Assembly (NCBI GenBank): GCA_946622505.1
Contig: CAMOPY010000002.1
Span: forward strand, 31,570 to 95,569
Direction of reading: 5' to 3'
From: an uncultured Ruminococcus sp.
GTDB taxonomy: Bacteria; Bacillota; Clostridia; Oscillospirales; Ruminococcaceae
Length of the DNA: 64,000 bases
Shown: piece after piece, positions 55,134 through 64,000 of the stretch
Layout: the number at the start of each line of letters is the position of its first letter
Numbering within the stretch: the first letter of the stretch is position 1
Notes under the pieces: model-generated
The model's database searches: none
Told to the model about the DNA's origin: nothing
What the model saw: only the letters and a program-made list of their open reading frames with translations
Position numbers and translations under genes: made by a program

Positions 55134-56372
55134 TCAGTATATCCTTATCTTGCTTGCTATCTCTGCCGAGTGGGAGAGTATAGTCAGGTTTGAAGCCAGA
55201 TCTGCCTCTTTCATAACAGGTGTTATGAAAGCAAGCTCGTTTTTCGGTCTGCCCGAACGCTCGATATACATAAGCTTTCCGAACATCTCCGAAAGAGCGC
55301 TCTTCATATTCTCGGCATCATCTGCCTTTATCCTCACATAAGCTGCGGTGGACATTTCCTTGTAATCAACTACGAATTTCTCGTTGTCGCAGTCATCCCA
55401 GCCGATAGCGACAGGTCTTTCCTTATGCCTCAGACAGTCGATGATATCTCCCACAACAGCCGAAGCGGTGGGCAGCTTTCCTGCGCCCTGACCGTAGAAC
55501 AGCACATCGCCCACACCGTCGCCTGTGACAGTGATAGCGTTGTATACATCTTCGACATTCGCAAGCATATTGTTCTTTGCCACAAATCTGGGACAAACGA
55601 TAGCGCTCACTCTGCCGTCCTCGAGCTTTGTCACCGAGCCGATAAGCTTTACGACATAGCCTGCATTTGAAGCATACTCTATATCATCGAGAGTTATATG
55701 AGTGATGCCCGAGCAGTGAACATATTCGGGATAGATATGCTTGCCGTAAGCAAGAGAGCCGAGTATGCAGATCTTTCTGCAGGCATCCTCGCCCTCGACA
55801 TCAGCTGTGGGGTCAGCCTCGGCATAGCCGAGCGTCTGAGCCATTTTCAGCGCATCGCTGAAGGAGAGCTGATCCTTTATCATCTTCGAGAGGATAAAGT
55901 TCGTGGTGCCGTTTAGGATGCCCGAGATCTTGATTATCTCGTTTCCTGCAAGACACTTGCAAAGCGGTCTTATTATCGGGATACCGCCGCCCACGCTTGC
56001 CTCGAACAGATAGCTGCAGTTGTGCTCCTGAGCGATCTTTAAAAGCTCGGCACCTTTGGCAGCCACCAGCGCCTTGTTTGAAGTAACGACGCTCTTTCCC
56101 TTTTCGAGCAGTCTTTTTGTATAGTCATAAGCAAAGGTCGTTCCGCCGACGACCTCAGCCACTACCTCGATCTCGTCATCGTTGAGGATAGTGTCAAAGT
56201 CGTGGATTATCCTGTCTGCAAACGGGGAGTTCGGAAAATCCCTCAGATCGAGTATGTACTTTATATCACAATCCTTGCCCAGCTTTTTCGAGATGGACTC
56301 CCTGTTCTTCATAAACAGCTCGACCGTTCCCGAACCGACAACTCCGTATCCTATCACTGCTACATTCTGCAT
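55134..56372 (-). CDS. hom: homoserine dehydrogenase
   Basis: N-terminal VAVIGYGVVGSG Rossmann motif, C-terminal ACT-like region, 412 aa. Confidence 0.9.
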   Translation of the reverse strand: MQNVAVIGYGVVGSGTVELFMKNRESISKKLGKDCDIKYILDLRDFPNSPFADRIIHDFDTILNDDEIEVVAEVVGGTTFAYDYTKRLLEKGKSVVTSNKALVAAKGAELLKIAQEHNCSYLFEASVGGGIPIIRPLCKCLAGNEIIKISGILNGTTNFILSKMIKDQLSFSDALKMAQTLGYAEADPTADVEGEDACRKICILGSLAYGKHIYPEYVHCSGITHITLDDIEYASNAGYVVKLIGSVTKLEDGRVSAIVCPRFVAKNNMLANVEDVYNAITVTGDGVGDVLFYGQGAGKLPTASAVVGDIIDCLRHKERPVAIGWDDCDNEKFVVDYKEMSTAAYVRIKADDAENMKSALSEMFGKLMYIERSGRPKNELAFITPVMKEADLASNLTILSHSAEIASKIRIY

Positions 56373-56406
56373 TTTAATTTCCTCTTTTCTTTTTATTTAC
56401 AAAAAC

Positions 56407-56853
56407 CTATTCGCCCGAAATGATCTTCACATCAACGACACCTCTGACCTTGGAAAGCTCGTCCCTCAGTCTTGCTGTACCCAGGACCTCATGCTCGAAG
56501 CGCACCGAGAAGGTGACGGTCGCCACCGAATCTATCGGGATGTTCTGGTTTATGGTCAGTATGTTGGTGTTGAGCTCATAGAGCTTCGAGATTATCGAAG
56601 ACAGAACACCTTTTTCGTCCCTCAGTATGCAATAGACCGAGATGATGTTGTTGGTCAGCTGCTCCTCATAATTGAACACCGAGTCCTTATATTTATAGTA
56701 TGCGCTCCTGGAAATGCCTACCTTGCGGCAAGCCTCCGAGGAGGTCAGCGCCTCGCCTCTTGCCCTCATACGCTTGGCATCGAGCACCTTCAGAACTATG
56801 TCTGGCAGCACTTCAGAGCTTACTATTACCAGCTTTTCGACCTTGTCGTCCAT
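56407..56853 (-). CDS. ACT domain-containing protein (UPF0735 family)
   Basis: HTH-like N-terminus (ISRSAYYKYKD) plus a C-terminal ACT. The ATG at 56853 is preferred over the GTG at 56865. Confidence 0.75.
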   Translation of the reverse strand: MDDKVEKLVIVSSEVLPDIVLKVLDAKRMRARGEALTSSEACRKVGISRSAYYKYKDSVFNYEEQLTNNIISVYCILRDEKGVLSSIISKLYELNTNILTINQNIPIDSVATVTFSVRFEHEVLGTARLRDELSKVRGVVDVKIISGE

Positions 56854-56899
56854 ATCGGAATCCACCTCCGGGAAACAGATGTGTGTGTGTCAGAAACAA

Positions 56900-56928
56900 A
56901 GTATACCATTTTTTTGTCTTCTTGTCAA
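56900..56928 (-). promoter_or_regulatory. sigma-A type promoter TTGACA-17-TATACT (TGn) for the ACT-hom-nudix-thrB operon
   Basis: Reverse complement reads TTGACAagaagacaaaaaaatggTATACT. Confidence 0.6.
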
Positions 56929-57106
56929 GTACATTTGTGCTCGTGCGGCACACTGGAAAGTGTTTTTCGGGGTGCCCGGACGTTTTTTGTGGGCAGGTCA
57001 GGAAGGTTTTGCCGCAATTGTAGATAGTTTTTTCGGCTCAGAGGGTGAGCGTTAGGACATTATAAACAAAAAATATATAAAAAATATTAAAAGATAAAAC
57101 TTTTTG

Positions 57107-57135
57107 TTGCCAAGGTCCTCAAAAAGTTGTAGAAT
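57107..57135 (+). promoter_or_regulatory. sigma-A type promoter TTGCCA-17-TAGAAT for the V-ATPase operon
   Basis: Exact 17-nt spacer, about 65 nt upstream of the first ORF. Confidence 0.5.
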
Positions 57136-57201
57136 TATGCTAAGTTATTTTGGGGTATGGGGCAGTTGTGCCTGTTCGGAACCGGGAGGCGAGTTTTTGG
57201 T

Positions 57202-57513
57202 ATGGATATGATAAGTCATATACTTCAGCTGGACAAAGAGGCTGAGGAGCGGATAAACAGTGCTTTGGAGCAGAGCGAGCGCAAAAAGCAGGAAGCTCTG
57301 GAGCAGCAGAAGCAGATAGAGCAGCAGGCAAGGGAGTCTGCCGAAAGGACAAAGGAGCAGATCAGAGCCGAGACTGACAAGTCGATAGAGGCTCAGACGC
57401 TCAGGGTCAGGACAAAGCAGCGCACCAGCATAAAGGCGCTTGACGATGCATTTGAGAAGGAACATGAGAGCTGGGAGAACAGTATCTTTGAGGAGATAGT
57501 TTCTGTCTGCTGA
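57202..57513 (+). CDS. V-type ATPase small coiled-coil stalk subunit (G/H-like)
   Basis: ~103 aa, highly charged E/K/Q-rich helix. First gene of the operon. Confidence 0.55.
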   Translation: MDMISHILQLDKEAEERINSALEQSERKKQEALEQQKQIEQQARESAERTKEQIRAETDKSIEAQTLRVRTKQRTSIKALDDAFEKEHESWENSIFEEIVSVC

Positions 57514-57542
57514 GACAGGCTCTTCCGAAAGAGGGTGAACGA

Positions 57543-58577
57543 ATGCTTAAAGGATATTCGATGAATGCCACCGTTGCAAAGATCAGGGCCATCCACGGCA
57601 CGATGTTCACGGCGGCACAGTATCACGAGCTCCTTTTGAAGGGCAGTGTTCCCGAGTGTGCGGATTATCTGGCGCAGTCGCCGAGGTATAAGGACGTTTT
57701 CAGAGACACTGACCCAAACACCATACACAGAGGGTATCTTGAAGAGCTTTTGCACAAGCAGATGTTTGACACCTATGTGCGCATCTGCTCGTTCCAGCAG
57801 CTGGATCAGGTGAATTATTACCGCTTTCTTATTGACAGGGGCGAGATAGACAGCATCCTTCTTATGATAAACAATATAAACTCGGGGCTTGAAAATTCGT
57901 TTCTTGCAAATCTTCCCGGACATATGATAAAGCGTGCCGGGATAAACGTGCTTGAGATGAGTATGGCATCAAGCTTTGAGGAGCTGCTCAGGGTGTTAAA
58001 GGGCACACCTTATTATAAGCCGCTTTCAAAGGTCAGGACCGACGCCTTTGGAAAGGCTGAATATACGGACTGTGAGCTGGCGCTGAGAAAGGCTTATTTT
58101 GAAAGGCTCATCAGTGATGTCGAGAAGGATTTTCACGGAACAGAGGAAAAAGAGATAAAGGACATTATCTATTATGAGATAGATACGATGAATATTATCA
58201 ATGCTTACAGGATGAAAAAGTATTTCGGTTACAGCAGCGACAGGATAAAGCAGAGCATTATAACCGTGAGAGGAAAGCCTGTCGGAAAGCTTGCGGAGTA
58301 TTTTGAGCTTGATGACCCCGACCGTATGATGAGCTGGATAAGCCGCTCTAAATACGCAAAGGCTCAGCGTGATACGGACATTATCGAAACGGTCATAGCT
58401 TCCTCGAGATTTCGGTGGCTGAACCACGTTTTAGCATCCACTGTCAGCGCTCCGGTCGCACTTTATGCGTTCGTGAGGCTGTGTGCAGTGGAGATATCGA
58501 ATATAGTAAGCATAATCGAGGCTGTCAGATACGGCGCCGACGCCGCTTCGGTCGAGAAGGATATGCTGATAATATAA
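57543..58577 (+). CDS. ntpC: V-type ATP synthase subunit C (d-like)
   Basis: 344 aa, all-helical, in an operon position consistent with subunit C. Confidence 0.75.
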   Translation: MLKGYSMNATVAKIRAIHGTMFTAAQYHELLLKGSVPECADYLAQSPRYKDVFRDTDPNTIHRGYLEELLHKQMFDTYVRICSFQQLDQVNYYRFLIDRGEIDSILLMINNINSGLENSFLANLPGHMIKRAGINVLEMSMASSFEELLRVLKGTPYYKPLSKVRTDAFGKAEYTDCELALRKAYFERLISDVEKDFHGTEEKEIKDIIYYEIDTMNIINAYRMKKYFGYSSDRIKQSIITVRGKPVGKLAEYFELDDPDRMMSWISRSKYAKAQRDTDIIETVIASSRFRWLNHVLASTVSAPVALYAFVRLCAVEISNIVSIIEAVRYGADAASVEKDMLII

Positions 58578-58595
58578 AGAAAGGTAACGGGTGAT

Positions 58596-60560
58596 ATGGC
58601 GATAGAAAAAATGTCTCTTGTCAATATCCTGGGCTCCATGGATGAGCTCGATGCCGCACTGGAACGGTGCTGCCGCAGCGGCGGCTTCCATATCGAGCCG
58701 GCATTCTCTCCCGGAGAGGCGAGAGGAAGGCTTCTTAATGACAAGAACTGTTACACGGCACTCCTGAAAAGGACTGCAAAGCTTGCTTCCGACTGCGGAG
58801 TGACACCTGTCGAGACCGACTGCCGTTCGCTTGAAGGCGAGAGAGCGGAAGATCTTGAAAAAAGACTGGAGTCTCTCGAGCAGGAGCTGGATGTCATAAG
58901 ACAGACCATGCAGGATGCGGACTCACGCATCTCGGAGCTTACGGCGGCGGCAAAGCATATAAAGCACCTGAAAGGAATGAACAGCGATTTCCAGCAGCTG
59001 TTCTCCTGCAAGCACGTAAGCGTCAGGATAGGAAAGCTGCCCATAGGCAACTATCCGAAGCTCGAGTATTATAACGATAATTTCTTCTTTGTTGCCTTTG
59101 AGTCTACAAAGAATTTCTGCTGGGGAATGTATTTCTGCCCCGAGGATGACAAGGAAAGGGTAGATGATCTTTTCAGGAGTATGTATTTTGAGAGGGTCAT
59201 GCTCCCGAGATACGTTTCCGGTAATGCGGACGAGGCTTCAAAGAAAATAGCCGACGAGATCGCACAGCAGGAAGAGATCGTCAAGAAGACCGAAGAAAAG
59301 CTCGGCGCCTTCAGGAAAGAGAACGAGGAGAGGATACAGCAGCTGTTTTCAAGGCTTCTGTTCCTTAACCGCAGCTTTGACCTGAGAAAAAAGGTGGGAG
59401 CGGTAAGCTCAGGCTTCGGAGCAAAGCACTTTATAATAAAGGGCTTTATAATGAAGAAGCAGGAAAAGGATTTTGCAAAGCTGTTTGACGACCTTGAAAC
59501 TGTGGACGTTTCGTTCCTGCCGCCTGATGCGGATTCGGGCTGCACACCGCCTACGGTGCTCAAAAACAGCTTCCTTACAAGGCCTTATACGATGCTGGTG
59601 GAGATGTACGGTCTGCCTGAATACGGCGGGATAAACCCCACAGCCTTCGTGGCGATAACATATACGCTTCTGTTCGGTATAATGTTCGGCGATCTGGGAC
59701 AGGGTCTGGTGCTGCTGCTGGCAGGTATACTGCTCGGCAAAAAGCTGGGGCCGAAGGCCGGCGGCATAGTTCGCAGAGTGGGTCTTTCGAGTATGCTCTT
59801 CGGAACGCTCTACGGCTCGTTCTTCGGATATGAGGAGCTGCTCGATCCTGTGTTTGAAAAGCTGGGGATAGATTTTCTGCCGCTGAAGGTCTTCAGACAG
59901 ACGAACTTCATCCTTGTGACTGCGGTGGGTATAGGAATAGCGCTCATTCTTATCTCGATGCTGATAAATATCTATTCGGGCTTTAAGAAAAAGGATTACG
60001 AAAAGGCGATATTCGGCTGCAACGGTATCTGCGGACTTATATTCTACGGTTCGGTGATAACAGGCGTTGTGGCAACAGTGATGTTCGATGTAAAGGTAAT
60101 GTCGGCACCCTTCGTTATCTGCCTGATAGTTATACCGCTTATCTGTATATTCTGCCGTGTGCCGTTTTCGGCTGCGGTCAAATATAAGAAATGGCAGCTC
60201 TCGGAGGACGGCGAGCCCATGACAGTGGGCGGCTTCATAGTCGAGAACTTCTTCGAGATGTTCGAGTTTCTGCTAAGCTATGTTTCAAACACGATGTCCT
60301 TCCTCAGAGTAGGAGGCTTCGTTCTTTCCCACGCCGGAATGATGCTTGTGGTCATGACACTTATGGACGGAATGAGCGCTGTCGGAAAGCCTGTGGTGCT
60401 CGTTATCGGAAACCTGTTCGTTATGGCTATGGAGGGCATGATAGTGGCTATCCAGATCATAAGGCTGGAGTTCTACGAGATGTTCTCGAGATTCTATGAC
60501 AGCGGCGGAAAACCGTTTGAACCGATAGACCTGAGCTTTTCGACTCAGATCGAACAATAA
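58596..60560 (+). CDS. ntpI: V-type ATP synthase subunit I (a-like)
   Basis: 654 aa with a soluble N-terminal coiled coil and a multi-TM C-terminal half that includes a conserved Arg (SFLRVGGFVLSHAG). Confidence 0.9.
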   Translation: MAIEKMSLVNILGSMDELDAALERCCRSGGFHIEPAFSPGEARGRLLNDKNCYTALLKRTAKLASDCGVTPVETDCRSLEGERAEDLEKRLESLEQELDVIRQTMQDADSRISELTAAAKHIKHLKGMNSDFQQLFSCKHVSVRIGKLPIGNYPKLEYYNDNFFFVAFESTKNFCWGMYFCPEDDKERVDDLFRSMYFERVMLPRYVSGNADEASKKIADEIAQQEEIVKKTEEKLGAFRKENEERIQQLFSRLLFLNRSFDLRKKVGAVSSGFGAKHFIIKGFIMKKQEKDFAKLFDDLETVDVSFLPPDADSGCTPPTVLKNSFLTRPYTMLVEMYGLPEYGGINPTAFVAITYTLLFGIMFGDLGQGLVLLLAGILLGKKLGPKAGGIVRRVGLSSMLFGTLYGSFFGYEELLDPVFEKLGIDFLPLKVFRQTNFILVTAVGIGIALILISMLINIYSGFKKKDYEKAIFGCNGICGLIFYGSVITGVVATVMFDVKVMSAPFVICLIVIPLICIFCRVPFSAAVKYKKWQLSEDGEPMTVGGFIVENFFEMFEFLLSYVSNTMSFLRVGGFVLSHAGMMLVVMTLMDGMSAVGKPVVLVIGNLFVMAMEGMIVAIQIIRLEFYEMFSRFYDSGGKPFEPIDLSFSTQIEQ

Positions 60561-60591
60561 TGGCTGGACCTGATTTTATGGAGGAATAATT

Positions 60592-61026
60592 ATGCTTATT
60601 TATTTTACATTACCGCTTATCGCACTCGCACTTTTACTGGTGCCTTTCATCTTTATGGCTAAGAAGATCAAAAACGGAAAGTCGCCCAAGGGCGCTTTCA
60701 TCGGAAACCTCTGCACCTTCGGTGCGATAATGCTGGCTGCTATCATAGTTCCTGTGGGCGGTGTCGTTCACGCTGCTACCGAGGAGGGCGTTAAGTCTCA
60801 GCTTTCGACAGGAACAGGTCTTGGTTATCTTGCGGCTGCTCTTGCGGTCGGCCTCTCCTGCGTGGGCGCAGGTATTGCGGTCGGCTCCGGCACACCTGCC
60901 GCTATCGGCGCGACCAGCGAGGATCCCAAGAACTTTGTAAAGGCTCTTATCTTTGTCGTTCTCGGTGAAGGTATCGCTCTTTACGGTCTGCTCATCTCGA
61001 TCCTTATAATCTCGAACATCGGCTGA
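60592..61026 (+). CDS. ntpK: V-type ATP synthase subunit K (proteolipid)
   Basis: Gly-rich helix GLSCVGAGIAVGSG and ion-binding Glu in VLGEGIALYG. Confidence 0.85.
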   Translation: MLIYFTLPLIALALLLVPFIFMAKKIKNGKSPKGAFIGNLCTFGAIMLAAIIVPVGGVVHAATEEGVKSQLSTGTGLGYLAAALAVGLSCVGAGIAVGSGTPAAIGATSEDPKNFVKALIFVVLGEGIALYGLLISILIISNIG

Positions 61027-61030
61027 CGAT

Positions 61031-61339
61031 ATGAGATTTTTTCTTATCAGCGACAATATAGATACCCAGATGGGGCTTCGCCTTGCGGGTATCGAGGGCG
61101 TGGTCGTCCACGGCGAGGAGGAGGTAAGCTCCGCACTCGATGAGGCGATGAAAATGGAGGACGTGGGAGTTGTCCTTATGACCGACCTTGCAGTAAAGCA
61201 GTGCAGGGAAAAGGTCTATGAGTATAAGCTCTCGGTGCGCCGTCCGCTCATCGTCGAGATACCCGACAGACACGCCACCTCGAAAATATCGGATACTATT
61301 TCCCGCTATCTTTCCGAGGCAGTCGGGATCAAGCTTTAA
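61031..61339 (+). CDS. ntpF: V-type ATP synthase subunit F
   Basis: 102 aa, MRFFLISDNIDTQMGLRLAGIEG is typical of subunit F. Confidence 0.85.
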   Translation: MRFFLISDNIDTQMGLRLAGIEGVVVHGEEEVSSALDEAMKMEDVGVVLMTDLAVKQCREKVYEYKLSVRRPLIVEIPDRHATSKISDTISRYLSEAVGIKL

Positions 61340-61361
61340 GGCTCTAAAGGAGGGCTTATCA

Positions 61362-61943
61362 ATGGTACTTAGTGAGGCACAGAGACTGGAGCGCTTTGAA
61401 AACGCTGTCTTTGCGGATGCCGACAGACAGGCAAAACAGATAACTGACGAGACCGAAGAGCAGATCGGGCAGATGATGAAGGCCGCAGAGGACAGCGCTG
61501 GTCAGATCGAGGATAAGCAGATCAGGACCTTTGAGGCCGCTGAAAGCGAGAGGATGCTCAGAGAGATCTCGGCTCAGAAGATAACCTGTCAGAGGGCGGT
61601 CCTCGAGCACAGGGAAGAGCTGATAAATAACGTGTTTGACAGCGTTAAGAACAGGCTTGCGGCTTTCAGGGCATCGGGAGAATACAGGGACTGCCTTAAA
61701 AAGCAGGCAGAAACCGCAAGAAAGGCGTATCCGGGGGTCAGTGCGACGGCGTATGTCGCTCCCGAGGATATGAAGTATGCCGATGCATTCGAGGGCTTTG
61801 AGGTCAGAGAGCGTGACAGCATAGAGCTGGGCGGAGCTTTCTTTGTGTTCGATCAGAGATCGGTCGTTCTTGATATGACTTTCGATCAGGCTTTCGAGGA
61901 TCAGAGAGCCGATTTTGCAAAAAGGAAAGAGCTTGCGCTCTGA
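61362..61943 (+). CDS. ntpE: V-type ATP synthase subunit E
   Basis: ~193 aa charged helix plus a globular C-terminus. The start is trimmed to the ATG at 61362, after AAAGGAGG. Confidence 0.75.
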   Translation: MVLSEAQRLERFENAVFADADRQAKQITDETEEQIGQMMKAAEDSAGQIEDKQIRTFEAAESERMLREISAQKITCQRAVLEHREELINNVFDSVKNRLAAFRASGEYRDCLKKQAETARKAYPGVSATAYVAPEDMKYADAFEGFEVRERDSIELGGAFFVFDQRSVVLDMTFDQAFEDQRADFAKRKELAL

Positions 61944-61973
61944 CCGTCCTATCATTTAAGGAGAACCTGAAAT

Positions 61974-63737
61974 ATGGATGTAATCTATTCTATAAACGGA
62001 CCTGTCGTAAAGGTTGCGGACACCAAGACCTTTGCGATGCAGGAGATGGTCTATGTCGGAAACAAAAGGCTCATAGGTGAGGTCATCAGGGTCGAGTCCG
62101 GCTTTACGACTATACAGGTCTATGAGGGCACGACGGGTCTGAAGCCCGGCGAGCCTGTTGAGGCAACGGGTGCGCCTATGTCGGCGACTTTGGCACCGGG
62201 AATAATCACCAATATCTTTGATGGCATCGAGAGACCGCTGAGAAGGCTCTCCGAGCTGTCGGGAGCGTTCATTGCCGACGGTGCTGCCACAGAAAGCGTG
62301 GATACACAGGCCGAGTACAGGGTGTATATGAACGTGAGCGTGGGAGACCACGTCAGTGCGGGAGATATATACTGCACCTGTCCGGAAACGCCCGTTGTCG
62401 AGCACAGATGTATGGTGCCGCCGCTTTCCAGGGGCGGAGAGGTCATTTGGGTGGCAAAAAACGGCGATCACAAGGTGACGGATACCGTGGTGAAGATAAA
62501 GGATGCACAGGGCAGGATCGAGGAGCTCTCCCTTATGCAGAAGTGGCCGATAAGAACGCCCAGACCCTGTAAGAGAAGACTGCCGATAGACAGACCTCTC
62601 GTTACGGGACAGCGTATAGTTGATACTATACTGCCTATCGCCAAGGGCGGCACAGCCGCTATACCCGGGGGCTTCGGAACAGGAAAGACCATGACCCAGC
62701 ACCAGCTTGCAAAGTGGTGCGATGCCGATATCATCGTTTATATCGGCTGCGGCGAGCGTGGAAACGAGATGACTCAGGTGCTCGAGGAGTTCTCGGAGCT
62801 TATCGACCCCAGGACCCAGAAACCGCTGACCGACAGGACAGTGCTTATCGCAAACACGTCCAATATGCCTGTTGCGGCCCGTGAGGCTTCGATATATACG
62901 GGCATCACTCTTGCAGAGTATTACAGGGATATGGGATACCATATAGCTATAATGGCCGACTCCACATCACGCTGGGCAGAGGCGCTGCGTGAGATATCGG
63001 GAAGACTTGAGGAGATGCCTGCCGAGGAAGGCTTCCCGGCATATCTGCCTTCGAGGATATCCGAGTTCTATGAGAGAGCAGGCTATGTCGAGACTCTAAA
63101 CGGAAAAGAGGGTTCGGTAACTATAATAGGTGCCGTTTCTCCTCAGGGCGCCGATTTCTCGGAGCCTGTCACCCAGAACACAAAGAGGTTCGTCCGCTGC
63201 TTCTGGGCGCTGGATAAGTCTCTTGCCTATGCAAGACACTATCCCGCTATAAACTGGAACACCAGCTATTCGGAATATGCTGAGGACCTGGGAGACTATT
63301 ACAGATCAAAGGTGTCTGACGACTTTATGGAGGTAAGACAGGAGATATCGAATATCCTTGTCGAGGAAAACACTCTTATGGAGATAGTCAAGCTGATGGG
63401 CACCGATGTGCTGCCCGACGATCAGAAGCTTCTTATCGAAACGGCAAGGATAGTGAGAGTGGGCTTCCTTCAGCAGAACGCTTATCACAAGGACGATACC
63501 TATGTTCCGCTCGAAAAGCAGTATCTTATGATGAAGATGATACTCAGCTTCTATGAAAAGGCAAAGGATGCCCTTGCCAAGGGGATCACAGCCTCGCAGA
63601 TACTTGAACTGGGCTGGGCGGAAAAGCTGATAAAGATCAAATATGATATCCCGAATGACAAGCCCGAAATGTTCAGGGATTATGAGCTTGATATGAGAGC
63701 TGACTTTGAAAAGCTGACAGGAGGTGCCGATCTGTGA
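61974..63737 (+). CDS. ntpA: V-type ATP synthase catalytic subunit A
   Basis: Walker A GGFGTGKT, 587 aa. Confidence 0.95.
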   Translation: MDVIYSINGPVVKVADTKTFAMQEMVYVGNKRLIGEVIRVESGFTTIQVYEGTTGLKPGEPVEATGAPMSATLAPGIITNIFDGIERPLRRLSELSGAFIADGAATESVDTQAEYRVYMNVSVGDHVSAGDIYCTCPETPVVEHRCMVPPLSRGGEVIWVAKNGDHKVTDTVVKIKDAQGRIEELSLMQKWPIRTPRPCKRRLPIDRPLVTGQRIVDTILPIAKGGTAAIPGGFGTGKTMTQHQLAKWCDADIIVYIGCGERGNEMTQVLEEFSELIDPRTQKPLTDRTVLIANTSNMPVAAREASIYTGITLAEYYRDMGYHIAIMADSTSRWAEALREISGRLEEMPAEEGFPAYLPSRISEFYERAGYVETLNGKEGSVTIIGAVSPQGADFSEPVTQNTKRFVRCFWALDKSLAYARHYPAINWNTSYSEYAEDLGDYYRSKVSDDFMEVRQEISNILVEENTLMEIVKLMGTDVLPDDQKLLIETARIVRVGFLQQNAYHKDDTYVPLEKQYLMMKMILSFYEKAKDALAKGITASQILELGWAEKLIKIKYDIPNDKPEMFRDYELDMRADFEKLTGGADL

Positions 63738-64000
63738 ATGTCAAGTATATCGGACTGAGCGAGATAAACGGCCCTCTGGTGGCACTGGAAAACGTAAGCG
63801 GCATATCTTATGACGAGATGGCAGAGATAAGGCTCGATGACGGGACCAAAAGACTTGCGAGAGTGGTCGAGGTGGATAAGGACAGAGCCGTGCTTCAGGT
63901 GTTTGAGGGCACAAAGGGTCTGTCTCTTGTGAATACCACCACAAGGTTCGAGGGCAGAAGTATGCAGCTGCCGCTTTCGACCGAGATGCTGGGACGCATC
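63734..64000 (+). CDS. ntpB: V-type ATP synthase subunit B (3'-truncated by window edge)
   Basis: The GTG at 63734 overlaps the subunit A stop (GTGA). Manual translation VNVKYIGLSEINGPLVALENV...RAVLQVFEGTKGL...LPLSTEMLGRI matches the N-terminus of B subunits. Not in the ORF track because it has no stop. Confidence 0.8.
   Translation, partial: MNVKYIGLSEINGPLVALENVSGISYDEMAEIRLDDGTKRLARVVEVDKDRAVLQVFEGTKGLSLVNTTTRFEGRSMQLPLSTEMLGRI

Noticed and set aside
56881-56891. (TG)5 dinucleotide repeat in the 5' UTR of the ACT-hom operon as a phase-variation tract
   Set aside because: It is too short for efficient slippage. It lies in untranslated RNA downstream of the -10, so length changes would not alter promoter spacing or reading frame.
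1-64000. Searched by eye for tRNA/rRNA genes, CRISPR arrays, transposases or integrases, prophage modules, toxin-antitoxin pairs, restriction-modification or other known defence systems, and biosynthetic gene clusters
   Set aside because: None was recognised. All intergenic gaps over 150 nt (3065-3679, 9601-10229, 36485-36792, 40982-41237, 41442-41895, 43180-43423, 48197-48398, 53493-53739, 56854-57201) are accounted for mainly by promoters, leaders and terminators. A covariance-model scan would be needed to exclude small ncRNAs.

Overview
This is a chromosomal segment that looks like a fibrolytic Clostridia genome (Oscillospiraceae or Ruminococcus-like). That assignment is inferred from gene content: spoVG, Gram-positive LexA, cellobiose phosphorylase, GH5/GH43/GH25, a V-type ATPase and many zinc-ribbon membrane proteins. 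I recognised no rRNA, tRNA, CRISPR array, transposase, integrase or prophage gene. About 55 CDS are supported.

Housekeeping genes:
- rplJ-rplL with an L10 leader
- murC-lexA, spoVG, tex, ptsH, a fruK-like gene, ackA and tmcAL
- an ACT-hom-nudix-thrB threonine operon
- araD plus an FGGY kinase
- a V-type ATPase operon that runs off the 3' end

Carbohydrate and envelope genes:
- a secreted GH5 cellulase with Fn3 modules, a GH43, and a beta-helix/Fn3 surface protein
- a mutarotase-like / membrane protein / cellobiose phosphorylase operon
- a GH25 muramidase lipoprotein, an esterase and HtrA
- an orphan type IV pilin-like gene, a papain-like peptidase and a GGDEF protein
- two ABC-2 exporter pairs

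The most unusual feature is a ~13.6 kb, 12-gene operon (10230-23851) with one near-consensus promoter and one terminator. It combines two MacB/LolD-class ATPases (one carrying a SpoVT/AbrB-like tail), a ~975-aa CBM-like::solute-binding fusion and two separate MalFG-type permease pairs. It also encodes an NHL/TPR membrane-anchored protein, a Yip1-like membrane protein and an 844-aa secreted protein of unknown function.

Other points worth a second look:
- a composite intergenic repeat region (683-1023), including a 20-nt motif repeated exactly downstream of rplL
- direct repeats upstream of the GH5 gene
- an AT-rich orphan pilin islet next to the cellobiose phosphorylase gene
- murC-lexA translational coupling
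- an attenuator-like leader before the GH25 gene

Many long ORFs in the track are antisense shadows of clearly homologous genes and were rejected. All calls rest on reading the sequence and remembered family motifs. No database search was run.
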